Assembly (NCBI GenBank): GCA_043809585.1
Contig: JBDROZ010000052.1
Location: 58,394 to 78,393, forward strand
Source: Candidatus Eiseniibacteriota bacterium
GTDB lineage: Bacteria > Orphanbacterota > Orphanbacteria > Orphanbacterales > Orphanbacteraceae
Reading direction: 5' to 3'
Length of the DNA: 20,000 nt
Positions 1-8,499 of the stretch are shown here, piece after piece (position 1 is the first letter of the stretch; every line of letters starts with the position of its first letter). The position numbers were made by a program, and so were the translations under genes. The notes beneath the pieces were generated by a model. The model did not search any database. It saw only the letters and a list, made by a program, of their open reading frames with translations, and was not told where the DNA came from.

Positions 1-68
1 TCCCGATGGAATTCGCCGTGGAGGCGCAAAAGCTGCTCGAGGTGAGCCTCGAAGGAAGCGTGGGATAA
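1..68 (+). CDS. sufB: Fe-S cluster assembly protein SufB, C-terminal end (partial)
   Basis: Frame from nt 3 reads PMEFAVEAQKLLEVSLEGSVG-TAA(66-68), the conserved SufB C-terminus; lies directly upstream of sufC. Confidence 0.95.
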   Translation, partial: PMEFAVEAQKLLEVSLEGSVG

Positions 69-110
69 ACCGGAACCGGCCGGCGGCCGGCGGGGAGAGG
101 ATAGAGAACG

Positions 111-866
111 ATGCTTGAGATCAAGAACCTGCACGCGAACGCGGGGGATACGCCGATCCTGAAGGGGATCGACCTCGACGTGAAGGCGGGCGAGGTCCAC
201 GCCATCATGGGGCCGAACGGCTCGGGAAAGAGCACCCTGGCCGGCGTGCTCGCGGGCCGCGAGGAGTACGCGGTCACGAAGGGGGAGGTCCTCTTCGAGG
301 GGAGAAACCTGCTCGAGCTCTCACCGGAAGAGCGGGCCCGCGAGGGGATCTTCCTCGCCTTCCAGTACCCGGTGGAGATCCCGGGCGTGTCCAACACGTA
401 CTTCCTGAAGACCGCGCTGAACAGCATCCGGAAGCACCGGGGGGAAGGCGAACTGGACGCCATGGACTTTCTCGCCCTCGTGAAGGAGAGAATGAAACTT
501 CTCCACATGGACGAGGAACTGCTCCGCCGGCCCGTGAACGACGGGTTCTCGGGGGGCGAAAAGAAGAAGAACGAGATCTTCCAGATGGCGGTGCTCGACC
601 CGAAGCTCGCTATCCTCGACGAGACCGACTCGGGACTCGACATCGACGCCCTCAAGGTCGTCGCGAACGGCGTGAACAGTCTAAGGAACGAGAAGCGGGC
701 GGTCATCGTGGTCACTCACTACCAGCGGCTTCTGAACTTCATCGTCCCCGACCGGGTGCACGTTCTCGCGAAGGGGAAGATCGTCGCCTCGGGGGACAAG
801 AGCCTCGCCCTCGAACTCGAGGAGAAGGGCTACTCCTGGATCGGCGAGCAGAGGGTGGGAGCGTGA
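111..866 (+). CDS. sufC: Fe-S cluster assembly ABC ATPase SufC
   Basis: Walker A GPNGSGKST, FLAFQYPVEIPGV, GFSGGEKK signature, ILDETDSGLDIDAL, VTHYQRLL; position in the suf operon. Confidence 0.97.
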   Translation: MLEIKNLHANAGDTPILKGIDLDVKAGEVHAIMGPNGSGKSTLAGVLAGREEYAVTKGEVLFEGRNLLELSPEERAREGIFLAFQYPVEIPGVSNTYFLKTALNSIRKHRGEGELDAMDFLALVKERMKLLHMDEELLRRPVNDGFSGGEKKKNEIFQMAVLDPKLAILDETDSGLDIDALKVVANGVNSLRNEKRAVIVVTHYQRLLNFIVPDRVHVLAKGKIVASGDKSLALELEEKGYSWIGEQRVGA

Positions 867-2206
867 TGAAGAGCGGGAACGAAGAGATTCGGAATTACGT
901 CTCCCACTACCAGGCCCTCGGCGGCGCCCGGAAGGGGACCGAATGGGCCGAGCCGATGCGGAAGCGGGCCCTCGCCCGGTTCTCGGAACTCGGTTTCCCC
1001 TCGCCGAAGGAGGAGGAGTGGCGGCACACGAACGTGGCGCCCCTCAAGAAGTATCCGTTCGGGCCGACCGGCGGCGCCCCCGCCTCCGCCGTGGACGGTT
1101 CCGCGGTTCGGGGCGGTCTCTTCGGGGACAAGGCGTCCGCGGAACTCGTCTTTCTGAACGGCCGGTTCGCGAAGGAGCTCTCCCGCACCGGTTCGCTCCC
1201 GGAGGGAGTGATCGTGGAGAGCCTCGGCGAAGCGATGGTCTCGCGCCGCCCGCTGGTGGAAGACCACCTCGGCCGCTACGCCGACTACGAGACCCGCAGC
1301 TTCGCCGCCCTGAACACCGCATTCCTCTCGGAGGGGGCCTTCATCCGTCTGCCGGAGAACGCCCGCCTCGAGGGGCCGGTCCACATTCTCCATCTCGCCC
1401 TCCCCGAGGAGGGGCCCTTCGTGGTCCATCCCCGGACCCTCGTGATCGCCGGTGCGGGGTCGGAGGCGTCGCTGATCGAGACCTACGCCGGCCCCGAGGG
1501 TTTCGCGTACTTCACGAACGCCGTCGCGGAGATCGCCGTGGGGGAGAGCGCGTCGATCCGCTACTACCGGGTGCAGCGGGAGGGGGAGGAGGCGTACCAC
1601 ATGGGCACGATTCATGTGAGCCAGGAGCGGAGCAGCCGGTTCCGCTCCCTGAATCTCTCTTTCGGCGGGCGGATCGCCCGGACCGAGTCGAACGCGACCT
1701 TGGGCGGCGAGGGGATCGAGACGATCCTCGACGGGCTCTACGTCGGCCGGGGGGAGCAGCTGATCGACAACCACACGTCCATCGATCACGCCGAGCCCCG
1801 CTCGGAGAGCCACGAGCTGTACAAGGGGATCCTGACCGACCGGGCCCGGGGCGTCTTCCGCGGAAAGATCACGGTGCGCCGGGACGCCCAGAAGACCGAC
1901 GCGAAGCAGACGAACCAAACGCTCCTCCTCTCCGATGAGGCGACGATCCACTCGAAACCCCAGCTCGAGATCTACGCGGACGACGTGAAGTGCACCCACG
2001 GGGCGACCGTGGGCCAGCTCGATGCGGAAGCGGTCTTCTATCTTCGCTCCCGGGGCATCGACGAGGAGGCGGCGCGGACCATGCTGGTCTTCGCATTCGC
2101 GAGCGACCTGGTCGGCCGGGTCGATTTCGTCCCCCTCCGGGAAAGTCTCGAGGATCTGCTCGTGAAACGGCTCCCCCTCGGTGAGAAGATCCGAGGTGCA
2201 CGATGA
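863..2206 (+). CDS. sufD: Fe-S cluster assembly protein SufD
   Basis: EEWRHT N-terminal motif, FAALNTAF, KPQLEIYADDVKCTHGATVGQLD..FYLRSRGI; overlaps the sufC stop. Start is GTG 863 or ATG 866. Confidence 0.95.
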   Translation: MMKSGNEEIRNYVSHYQALGGARKGTEWAEPMRKRALARFSELGFPSPKEEEWRHTNVAPLKKYPFGPTGGAPASAVDGSAVRGGLFGDKASAELVFLNGRFAKELSRTGSLPEGVIVESLGEAMVSRRPLVEDHLGRYADYETRSFAALNTAFLSEGAFIRLPENARLEGPVHILHLALPEEGPFVVHPRTLVIAGAGSEASLIETYAGPEGFAYFTNAVAEIAVGESASIRYYRVQREGEEAYHMGTIHVSQERSSRFRSLNLSFGGRIARTESNATLGGEGIETILDGLYVGRGEQLIDNHTSIDHAEPRSESHELYKGILTDRARGVFRGKITVRRDAQKTDAKQTNQTLLLSDEATIHSKPQLEIYADDVKCTHGATVGQLDAEAVFYLRSRGIDEEAARTMLVFAFASDLVGRVDFVPLRESLEDLLVKRLPLGEKIRGAR

Positions 2207-3471
2207 ATTCCCGAAGCGCCGCGGCGGCGGTTCGGAAGAAGCGGCCCCGTTTGAACTACGACGTGGAGAAAGTTCGCAACGACTTTCCCATCCTGAAGAT
2301 GAGAATCAGGGGCAAACGCCTCGTCTTCTTGGACAACGCGGCGAGCACCCAGAAACCGACGGCCGTGATCGACGCCTACAACGTCTTCTACACCGGCTGC
2401 TACTCGAACATCCACCGGGGTGTCTATCACCTCTCCGAGACGGCGACGAAGGCGTACGAGGACGCCCGGGAGAAGGTCCGCGTCTTCCTCGGCGCGGAGC
2501 GCGTGGAGGAGACGGTCTTCGTGCGGGGGACCACGGAGGGCATCAACCTCGTCGCGAGCAGCTGGGGCCGCCGAAACCTCCGGGAGGGGGACGAGGTGGT
2601 CGTTTCCTGGATGGAGCACCACTCGAACATCGTCCCTTGGCAGATGATCTGCGAGCAGACCGGCGCGAAGCTCCGGGTGGTGCCGATCAACGACCGGGGC
2701 GAGTTCATGATGGACGAGTACGACAAGATTCTCGGCTCCAAAGTGAAGATGGTCGCCGTGAACCATGTCTCCAACGCCCTCGGAACGGTGAACCCGGTCC
2801 GCGAGATCACCCGGAAGGCCCACGACGCGGGCGCCCGGGTACTCATCGACGGCGCCCAGGCCGTCGCCCACGCGGCGGTGGACGTAAAGGAAATCGGCTG
2901 CGACTTCTACGTCTTCTCCGGGCACAAGCTCTTCGGCCCGACCGGCATCGGCATCCTCTACGGCAGGATGGACCTCCTGGACGCCATGCCCCCCTACCAG
3001 GGGGGGGGCGACATGATCCGGTCCGTCTCGTTCGAGAAGACGACGTACAACTCCGTTCCCTACAAGTTCGAGGCGGGGACGCCGAACATCGCGGGCGCCA
3101 TCGGGCTCGGCGCGGCGATCGACTACGTGACAGAGCTCGGCCTTCCGGCCATCGCCGAGTACGAGGAGGACCTGTTCGCTTACGCCACGGAGGCCGTGGC
3201 CGCCGTGCCCGGTCTCCGGATCATCGGGACCGCCCGGGAGAAGGTGAGCGTCATCTCTTTCATCCTCGAGGGAATGCATCCCCACGATATCGGGACCATC
3301 CTCGATCAGGAGGGGATCGCGATCCGGACCGGCCACCACTGCGCACAGCCGGTGATGGACCGCTTCGGAATCCCGGCGACCGCCCGCGCCTCTTTCGCGC
3401 TCTACAACACGAAAGGGGAAGTGGACGCGCTCGTGAATGGACTGGAAAGAGTACGGGAGATCTTGAGCTGA
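2203..3471 (+). CDS. sufS: Group II cysteine desulfurase SufS
   Basis: FLDNAASTQKP, NIHRG, MEHHSNIVPWQ, DGAQ, FSGHK (PLP lysine), RTGHHCAQP (catalytic Cys). True start may be slightly downstream. Confidence 0.96.
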   Translation: MNSRSAAAAVRKKRPRLNYDVEKVRNDFPILKMRIRGKRLVFLDNAASTQKPTAVIDAYNVFYTGCYSNIHRGVYHLSETATKAYEDAREKVRVFLGAERVEETVFVRGTTEGINLVASSWGRRNLREGDEVVVSWMEHHSNIVPWQMICEQTGAKLRVVPINDRGEFMMDEYDKILGSKVKMVAVNHVSNALGTVNPVREITRKAHDAGARVLIDGAQAVAHAAVDVKEIGCDFYVFSGHKLFGPTGIGILYGRMDLLDAMPPYQGGGDMIRSVSFEKTTYNSVPYKFEAGTPNIAGAIGLGAAIDYVTELGLPAIAEYEEDLFAYATEAVAAVPGLRIIGTAREKVSVISFILEGMHPHDIGTILDQEGIAIRTGHHCAQPVMDRFGIPATARASFALYNTKGEVDALVNGLERVREILS

Positions 3472-3926
3472 TGTCCGACCTGCGCGAGTTGTACCAAGAG
3501 GTCATCATCGATCACAGCAAGAAGCCGAGAAACTTCCGGAGGCCCGATGGCTTCAACCGGAAGGCCGAAGGGTACAACCCGCTCTGCGGGGACCGGTTCA
3601 CGGTCTACCTCAAGTTGGAGGAGGGCGTGATTCGGGACATCGGCTTCGAGGGCTCCGGGTGCGCCATCTCCACGGCGTCCGCTTCGATGATGACGGAAGA
3701 CATAAAGGGCAAGCCCCGGGAGATGGCCCACCAGGTCTTTCACCGTTTTCACGATCTCGTGACCGGCGACCCGGCGGCGGCGGCCACCGAACCCCTCGGC
3801 CTCGGCAAGCTCGCCGCCTTCGCGGGGGTTCGGGAGTTCCCGGTTCGCGTGAAGTGCGCCACCCTCGCCTGGCACACCCTCGAGGCGGCCCTCGAGGGGA
3901 AGGACGAGGCGATCACCACCGAGTAG
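3471..3926 (+). CDS. sufU: SUF system sulfur-transfer protein SufU (NifU-like)
   Basis: ATG at 3471 overlaps the sufS TGA; MSDLRELYQEVIIDHSKKPRN, NPLCGD, GCAISTASAS, RVKCATLAW. It is the 3' end of track ORF 2181..3926. Confidence 0.95.
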   Translation: MSDLRELYQEVIIDHSKKPRNFRRPDGFNRKAEGYNPLCGDRFTVYLKLEEGVIRDIGFEGSGCAISTASASMMTEDIKGKPREMAHQVFHRFHDLVTGDPAAAATEPLGLGKLAAFAGVREFPVRVKCATLAWHTLEAALEGKDEAITTE

Positions 3927-3980
3927 CCGGAGCAGTTGCGGAATGAACTCGGGAATGAAGGCGGATCGGCTTCATACCGA

Positions 3981-4012
3981 TGTCATCCCCGCGTAGGCAG
4001 GGGATCCATCCG
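3981..4012 (+). repeat. CGTC/dRS3-like palindromic REP copy (family B)
   Basis: TGTCATCCCCGCGTAGGCAGGGGATCCATCCG in the sufU-sufT gap; related copies at 10807, 11038 and (inverted) 11990. Confidence 0.75.
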
Positions 4013-4046
4013 GTTGAAAACCGGAAGAAGCGCGCAGGGGAGAGAA

Positions 4047-4376
4047 ATGACGAACGAACGCCCGGCGCCCTCCGCCGACATGGAAGAGAAGATCATCGAC
4101 GCCCTCCGAACCGTTTTCGATCCGGAGATCCCCGTCAATATCTACGAGCTCGGGCTGGTGTACGAAGTGGACCTGAAGGAATCACCGGACGTGACCATCC
4201 GCATGACCCTCACCTCGCCGAACTGCCCCGAGGCGGAGGCGATCCCCGGCCGGGTCCGGCGCGCGGTGGAGTCGGTCCCCGAGGTGGGGACCGCCGAGGT
4301 GGAGATCGTCTGGGAGCCGACCTGGACCCCCGAGATGATGTCCGAGGCGGCGAAGCTCGATCTGGGATTCATGTAA
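4047..4376 (+). CDS. sufT: DUF59/SufT-like Fe-S cluster assembly protein
   Basis: DPEIPVNIYELGLVY, MTLTSPNCP, WEPTWTPEMMSEAAKLDLG; ATG 4047 follows a purine-rich GGGGAGAG. The longer track start reads through a repeat. Confidence 0.88.
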   Translation: MTNERPAPSADMEEKIIDALRTVFDPEIPVNIYELGLVYEVDLKESPDVTIRMTLTSPNCPEAEAIPGRVRRAVESVPEVGTAEVEIVWEPTWTPEMMSEAAKLDLGFM

Positions 4377-4449
4377 CCGGGCTTGTTATAATTCATGGTT
4401 CCATAACGAGTTGAAGCGGGGTTGGGTCGTCGGGTCCGCCTCTTTCTCC

Positions 4450-4478
4450 TTGTTCGGCCTCCGGGGCGGTCCTACAAT
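4450..4478 (+). promoter_or_regulatory. Putative sigma70 promoter for trkAH
   Basis: TTGTTC(4450-4455)-17 nt-TACAAT(4473-4478), 37 nt before the trkA ATG. A separate TATAAT lies at 4387-4392. Confidence 0.5.
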
Positions 4479-4515
4479 GGGCCTTTCCGCCAAGCGGGAA
4501 GGGTGGGATCGTACC

Positions 4516-5859
4516 ATGAAGGTCATCATCGTCGGCGCCGGTGAGGTCGGATTCCACATCGCCAACCACCTCTCGAAGCAGAACCACGACATCGCCGTCA
4601 TCGAACGGAGCCCCGAGAAGCACCGTTTCCTGAGAGACAAGGTGAACGCCCTCGTGGTGCTCGGCAGCGGTTCGAGCGCCGCGACCCTCGAGGAGGCGGG
4701 CGTGGAGAACGCGGACCTCTTCATTGCCGTCACCGATCAGGACGAAGTGAACCTCGTGGCCTGCCTGCTCGCTCGGGAGTACAACGTCCCCCGCCTCATC
4801 GCCCGGGTTCGGACCCTCGATTACGGCCGGGAGGACGGCAAGCTGAACGCCTCGAAGCTCGGCATCGATCTTCTCATCAATCCGGAGGCGGTGGTGGCCG
4901 GGGAGATCTGCAAGATCGCCACCCATTCGCTCGCGACGGAGGTAGTGGAGTTCGCGGGGGGGCAGGTCCTCTTCATCGGCCTGAAGGTGACCGCCGAAAA
5001 CCCGGTGGCGGGGGTCTCCCTCGCCGAGCTCGGCGAGATCCGGGGGCTTTACCGCCTGGTGGTGACCGCCATCTCCCGGGGGGAGAAGACGATCATCCCC
5101 CGGGGCGAGGACCGGATCCAGGAGGGGGACATCATCTACTACATGTGCAACCGGGAAGACCTCTCCTCGGTCGACTATCTCTTCGGCCTCGAGAAGAAGG
5201 AGACGAAGAGCGTCTTCATTCTCGGCGGCGGCCGGATCGGGTATCTCGTGGCGAGGACCCTCGCGGAGAGGGGGATTCACGTGAAGGTGATCGACCGGAA
5301 TCCCGACCACTGCCGCTCCATCGCCCAGGATCTCGAACACGTGCTGATCCTGAACACGGAGGGCACCGACGTGGACACGCTCGAGAACGAGGGGATCCGG
5401 GACGCCGACGTCTACATCACCGTCACCCAGGACGACTCGGCGAACATCCTCTACTCGCTGCTCGCGAAGCAGCGGGGCGCGAAGCGGGCCGTGGCGCTCG
5501 TGAACCATCCGGTGCTTCTCGCCCTCGCGCCGACCCTCGGCGTCGACGCGTGCATCAGCCCCCGTCTCGCGACGGCGGGCGAGATTCTCCGGTACGTGCG
5601 GAAAGGGGAAGTGCTCTCCCTCGCCATGGTGGAGCGGAGCGACGCGGAGGTGGCGGAGTTCATCGTCCCCTCCTTCGGCGCCATGGTGAAGAGGCCCCTG
5701 AAGGATCTCTCCTTCCCGGACGGCGCGATCATCGGCGCCGTGGTCCGGGGGGAGGAAGTGCTGATCCCCCGGGGGGACGACCACCTCGAAGCGGGGGACC
5801 ACGTGATCGTCTTCACTCTTCCCGGCTCGATCGCCCCGGTCGAGAAGTTCTTCTCCTAG
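4516..5859 (+). CDS. trkA: Trk system potassium transporter regulatory subunit TrkA
   Basis: MKVIIVGAGEVG Rossmann motif, second GGGRIG, two RCK_N/RCK_C pairs (IIPRGEDRIQEGD, LIPRGDDHLEAGD), LLAKQRGAKR. Confidence 0.95.
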   Translation: MKVIIVGAGEVGFHIANHLSKQNHDIAVIERSPEKHRFLRDKVNALVVLGSGSSAATLEEAGVENADLFIAVTDQDEVNLVACLLAREYNVPRLIARVRTLDYGREDGKLNASKLGIDLLINPEAVVAGEICKIATHSLATEVVEFAGGQVLFIGLKVTAENPVAGVSLAELGEIRGLYRLVVTAISRGEKTIIPRGEDRIQEGDIIYYMCNREDLSSVDYLFGLEKKETKSVFILGGGRIGYLVARTLAERGIHVKVIDRNPDHCRSIAQDLEHVLILNTEGTDVDTLENEGIRDADVYITVTQDDSANILYSLLAKQRGAKRAVALVNHPVLLALAPTLGVDACISPRLATAGEILRYVRKGEVLSLAMVERSDAEVAEFIVPSFGAMVKRPLKDLSFPDGAIIGAVVRGEEVLIPRGDDHLEAGDHVIVFTLPGSIAPVEKFFS

Positions 5860-5860
5860 C

Positions 5861-7300
5861 ATGAACACGCGGGCCACCCTCCGGATTCTCGGCGGCCTCC
5901 TGCTCTTTCTCGCCCTCACCCTTCTGACGCCGATCCCCTTCTCCGTCTACTTCGGGGACGGCCGAGTGGCGGCGTTTCTCCTATCGTCGCTCGTGACCGC
6001 CGTCGCCGGCGCCGCCCTCTTCTTCGCCTTCCGTGCGGAGGGGGCGATCAGCTACCGGGAAGGTTTCGGCATCGTCACCCTCGGGTGGGTCGGCTTCGCC
6101 GCCTTCGGTTCTCTTCCCTACGTACTCTCGGGTGTCATCCCCCATCCCGTGGACGCATTCTTCGAGGCCATGTCCGGCTTCACCACCACCGGCGCCACGG
6201 TGATCACCGACTTCGATTCGGTGGGGGAGAGCCTCTTCTTCTGGAGGGCCACGACCCACTGGCTCGGGGGCATGGGGATCATCGTGCTCTCCCTCGCGAT
6301 CCTCCCGTTCCTCGGCGTCGGGGGGATGCAGCTCTTCGAGGCGGAGGTTCCGGGACCGACGGCGGACCGCCTCTCGCCGCGCATCCAGACCACGGCGAAG
6401 GTCCTCTGGGGCGTCTACTTCCTCCTCACCTTCGCCGAGGTGCTCCTCTTGATGGTGGGGGGAATGAACTTCCACGAGGCGATCTGTCACGCCTTCGCCA
6501 CCATGGCGACGGGCGGCTTCTCCACCGAAGCGGCGAGCGTCGGAGCGTATTCGAACCGCTTCATCCACTGGGTGATCACGTTTTTCATGCTTCTCGCAGG
6601 CGTCAACTTCTCCCTCCACTACCATGCACTCCGTGGCCGGGTCCGGTCGTACTGGAAGAGCGAGGAGCTTCGCTTCTTTCTGGGAGTTCTGGCGGGGGCG
6701 ACTCTGATCGTCTTTCTTCTGAACCGGTCCCACTACGAATCGATCCACATCAACGCCTGCGACAGCGCCTTTCAGGTCGTGTCGATCACGACGACCACCG
6801 GGTTCGGCACGGCCGACTACGAGCTCTGGCACGTGCTCGCCCAGTATCTCCTGGTGGCCCTGATGTTCCTCGGAGGGTGCGCCGGCTCCACCGGAGGCGG
6901 CATGAAGAACGTGCGGGTTCTGCTCCTCGTGAAGCACGCCTACGTCCAGATCTTTCGCCTCATCCATCCCCGGGGGGTCCGGATCCTCCGGCTCGACCAC
7001 AAGGTGGTTCCGGACGAGGTGATGCAGAGCATCCTCGGCTTCTTCGCCCTCTACATCGGGCTCTTCGTCGTGTCGTCCCTCCTCATGTCCGCCCTCGGCC
7101 TCGATCTCGTGACGGCGGGCGCGTCGGTGGTCGCCTGCCTCTCGAACATCGGCCCCGGGCTCGGGGAGGTGGGTCCGACGGACCACTACGCCCACGTCCC
7201 CTCGATCGGCAAGGTGATCCTCTCGGCGTGCATGCTCCTCGGGCGGCTCGAGGTCTTCACGGTGCTCGTGCTCTTCTTCCCGTCGTTCTGGAGGAAGTAG
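5861..7300 (+). CDS. trkH: Trk system potassium uptake membrane protein TrkH
   Basis: Four pore-loop motifs TTTGAT, ATGGFS, TTTGFG, SNIGPG; WLGGMGII, GGCAGSTGGGMK, MLLGRLE. Confidence 0.96.
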   Translation: MNTRATLRILGGLLLFLALTLLTPIPFSVYFGDGRVAAFLLSSLVTAVAGAALFFAFRAEGAISYREGFGIVTLGWVGFAAFGSLPYVLSGVIPHPVDAFFEAMSGFTTTGATVITDFDSVGESLFFWRATTHWLGGMGIIVLSLAILPFLGVGGMQLFEAEVPGPTADRLSPRIQTTAKVLWGVYFLLTFAEVLLLMVGGMNFHEAICHAFATMATGGFSTEAASVGAYSNRFIHWVITFFMLLAGVNFSLHYHALRGRVRSYWKSEELRFFLGVLAGATLIVFLLNRSHYESIHINACDSAFQVVSITTTTGFGTADYELWHVLAQYLLVALMFLGGCAGSTGGGMKNVRVLLLVKHAYVQIFRLIHPRGVRILRLDHKVVPDEVMQSILGFFALYIGLFVVSSLLMSALGLDLVTAGASVVACLSNIGPGLGEVGPTDHYAHVPSIGKVILSACMLLGRLEVFTVLVLFFPSFWRK

Positions 7301-7313
7301 GCACGCGGCGGCC

Positions 7314-7393
7314 CCTTTCGGGACCGGATTCTCCCGGAGCGAAGCGGAGGGGTATCTGGTTCCGAAAGGCCAGAAGGTATCTGGTTCCGAAAG
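7314..7393. repeat. Palindromic repeat cluster (family A, GGTATCTGGTTCCGAAAG), left locus
   Basis: Inverted degenerate copy CCTTTCGGGACCGGA 7314-7328 pairs with copy 7351-7369; exact direct copy at 7376-7393. Confidence 0.8.
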
Positions 7394-7487
7394 AAAGGGC
7401 TCAGAAAGGCCGACCTGTGGCATAACTCATTCAGAATATGGAAGTTGGTCGGCGAGAGCGGTCCTTCTCTCCATGTTCCGAATTTTG

Positions 7488-7516
7488 TTGCGTTCGGGAG
7501 CCCGGTCTGCCATAAT
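7488..7516 (+). promoter_or_regulatory. Putative sigma70 promoter (extended -10) for the 7696 gene
   Basis: TTGCGT(7488-7493)-17 nt-CATAAT(7511-7516), preceded by TGn. Confidence 0.5.
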
Positions 7517-7695
7517 ATGAACGCTTCAAAGGTCCGCATCATTAGCTGAATTCGCTGAACGCTCAACGCTTAACGCACCGACTCCAGAGCTTTGGGAGCC
7601 GGAAGAAGGCTCGTGAAGACAGATCCGATCGCGGACGGACGGAAAGCCCGTTTCGTCTGCATCCGGATCCGGGAGTCTTACGGGAGGGTTGCTTT

Positions 7696-8430
7696 ATGAG
7701 ATACGTGGCAATTGTCGGGCTCTTGTCGGTCGGACTCCTCTTGCCGATGACCGCCGGTGCGGTGGACGACCCCCAGCTGGGCGCCGTGACGGGAAGCGAA
7801 TTCCAAGGAGTCCGGCTCGACTGTCCGGGCACCGTCTGCTGGTCCCAGCTCCCCACGTGGACCAACGGTGGCTCCTCGCAGGACGAGGTGTATCCGAACA
7901 ACGACCCGGGCCTCTGCCCCCTCATCTCCGAGACGGCCGATGACTTTCCCGGAGGCGTGTGCCCGCCGATCACGGCGATCCGCTTCTGGGGAGTCGCCTT
8001 GGTGGCCTTTACGGATTGCCCCGACATGGCGGTCCGTTTCTTCTTCGACGGCGGCGGCGTCCCCGGTGCATTGAACTGCGAGACCATCGGCCCCGCCGCG
8101 TGCGAGTTGGTCACCGGTTATCCGGGCATCCCGTCCTACGAGCACTGCGTCGTGCTGGCCGAGCCGTGCAACATGCCGAACGGCGGGTGGGTCGAGTGCC
8201 AGGCGCTCTACTGTCGTGGCTTGACGGGCCTCGGACAGTGGTACTGGGCCGTGAGCCCCGTGGCGAACGGAAGCGAGGTCATGTTCCGCTCCAGCTTCTT
8301 CGGATTCCCGAACTGGGTTCCCGGCAGTTCGGCATTCGGAGATTACTATGACGCGTCGTTCGAGCTGCTTTCGGGCATGACACCGACGGAAGAGACGTCT
8401 TGGGGCAGCATCAAGACGATGTACCGGTAG
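7696..8430 (+). CDS. Secreted cysteine-rich protein with C-terminal TPTEETSWGSIKTMYR tail
   Basis: GGGAGGG RBS; Sec signal peptide (MRYVAIVGLLSVGLLLPMTAGA); 11 Cys; ADDF...ITAIRFWG motif; GC3-biased codons. Confidence 0.85.
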   Translation: MRYVAIVGLLSVGLLLPMTAGAVDDPQLGAVTGSEFQGVRLDCPGTVCWSQLPTWTNGGSSQDEVYPNNDPGLCPLISETADDFPGGVCPPITAIRFWGVALVAFTDCPDMAVRFFFDGGGVPGALNCETIGPAACELVTGYPGIPSYEHCVVLAEPCNMPNGGWVECQALYCRGLTGLGQWYWAVSPVANGSEVMFRSSFFGFPNWVPGSSAFGDYYDASFELLSGMTPTEETSWGSIKTMYR

Positions 8431-8467
8431 TCTGCTCTCTGACGCATGAGGACATGCTTGGTGCCTG

Positions 8468-8499
8468 GGGCGGGGGACGCGAAGTTCCCCGCCCTTTCT
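8468..8499 (+). terminator. Intrinsic terminator-like hairpin between convergent genes
   Basis: GGGCGGGGGAC-gcgaa-GTTCCCCGCCC followed by TTTCT (short U tract). Confidence 0.6.

Noticed and set aside
2181-3470. 581-aa ORF as an N-terminally extended SufU
   Set aside because: The upstream part is an Arg/Gly-rich shadow frame over sufS; SufU starts at ATG 3471.
3936-4046. N-terminal extension of SufT (similarly TrkA 4411, ModA 14180, ModB 14440, ModC 15669, CPBP 19016)
   Set aside because: The extensions cross repeats, promoters or neighbouring genes; family homology and RBS position support the later starts.
111-4376. SUF operon with sufU rather than sufE as a novelty
   Set aside because: sufBCDSU plus DUF59 is a common arrangement and all key motifs are canonical.
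7351-7393. Direct repeats (also 10266-10419 and 10740-11069) as a CRISPR array
   Set aside because: Too few copies, mixed orientation, irregular spacers (7 nt here, ~134 nt at 10740) and no cas genes.
7422-7447. Weak AT-rich dyad TAACTCATTCAGAATATGGAAGTTG as a recombination or operator site
   Set aside because: The symmetry is too imperfect and there is only one copy.
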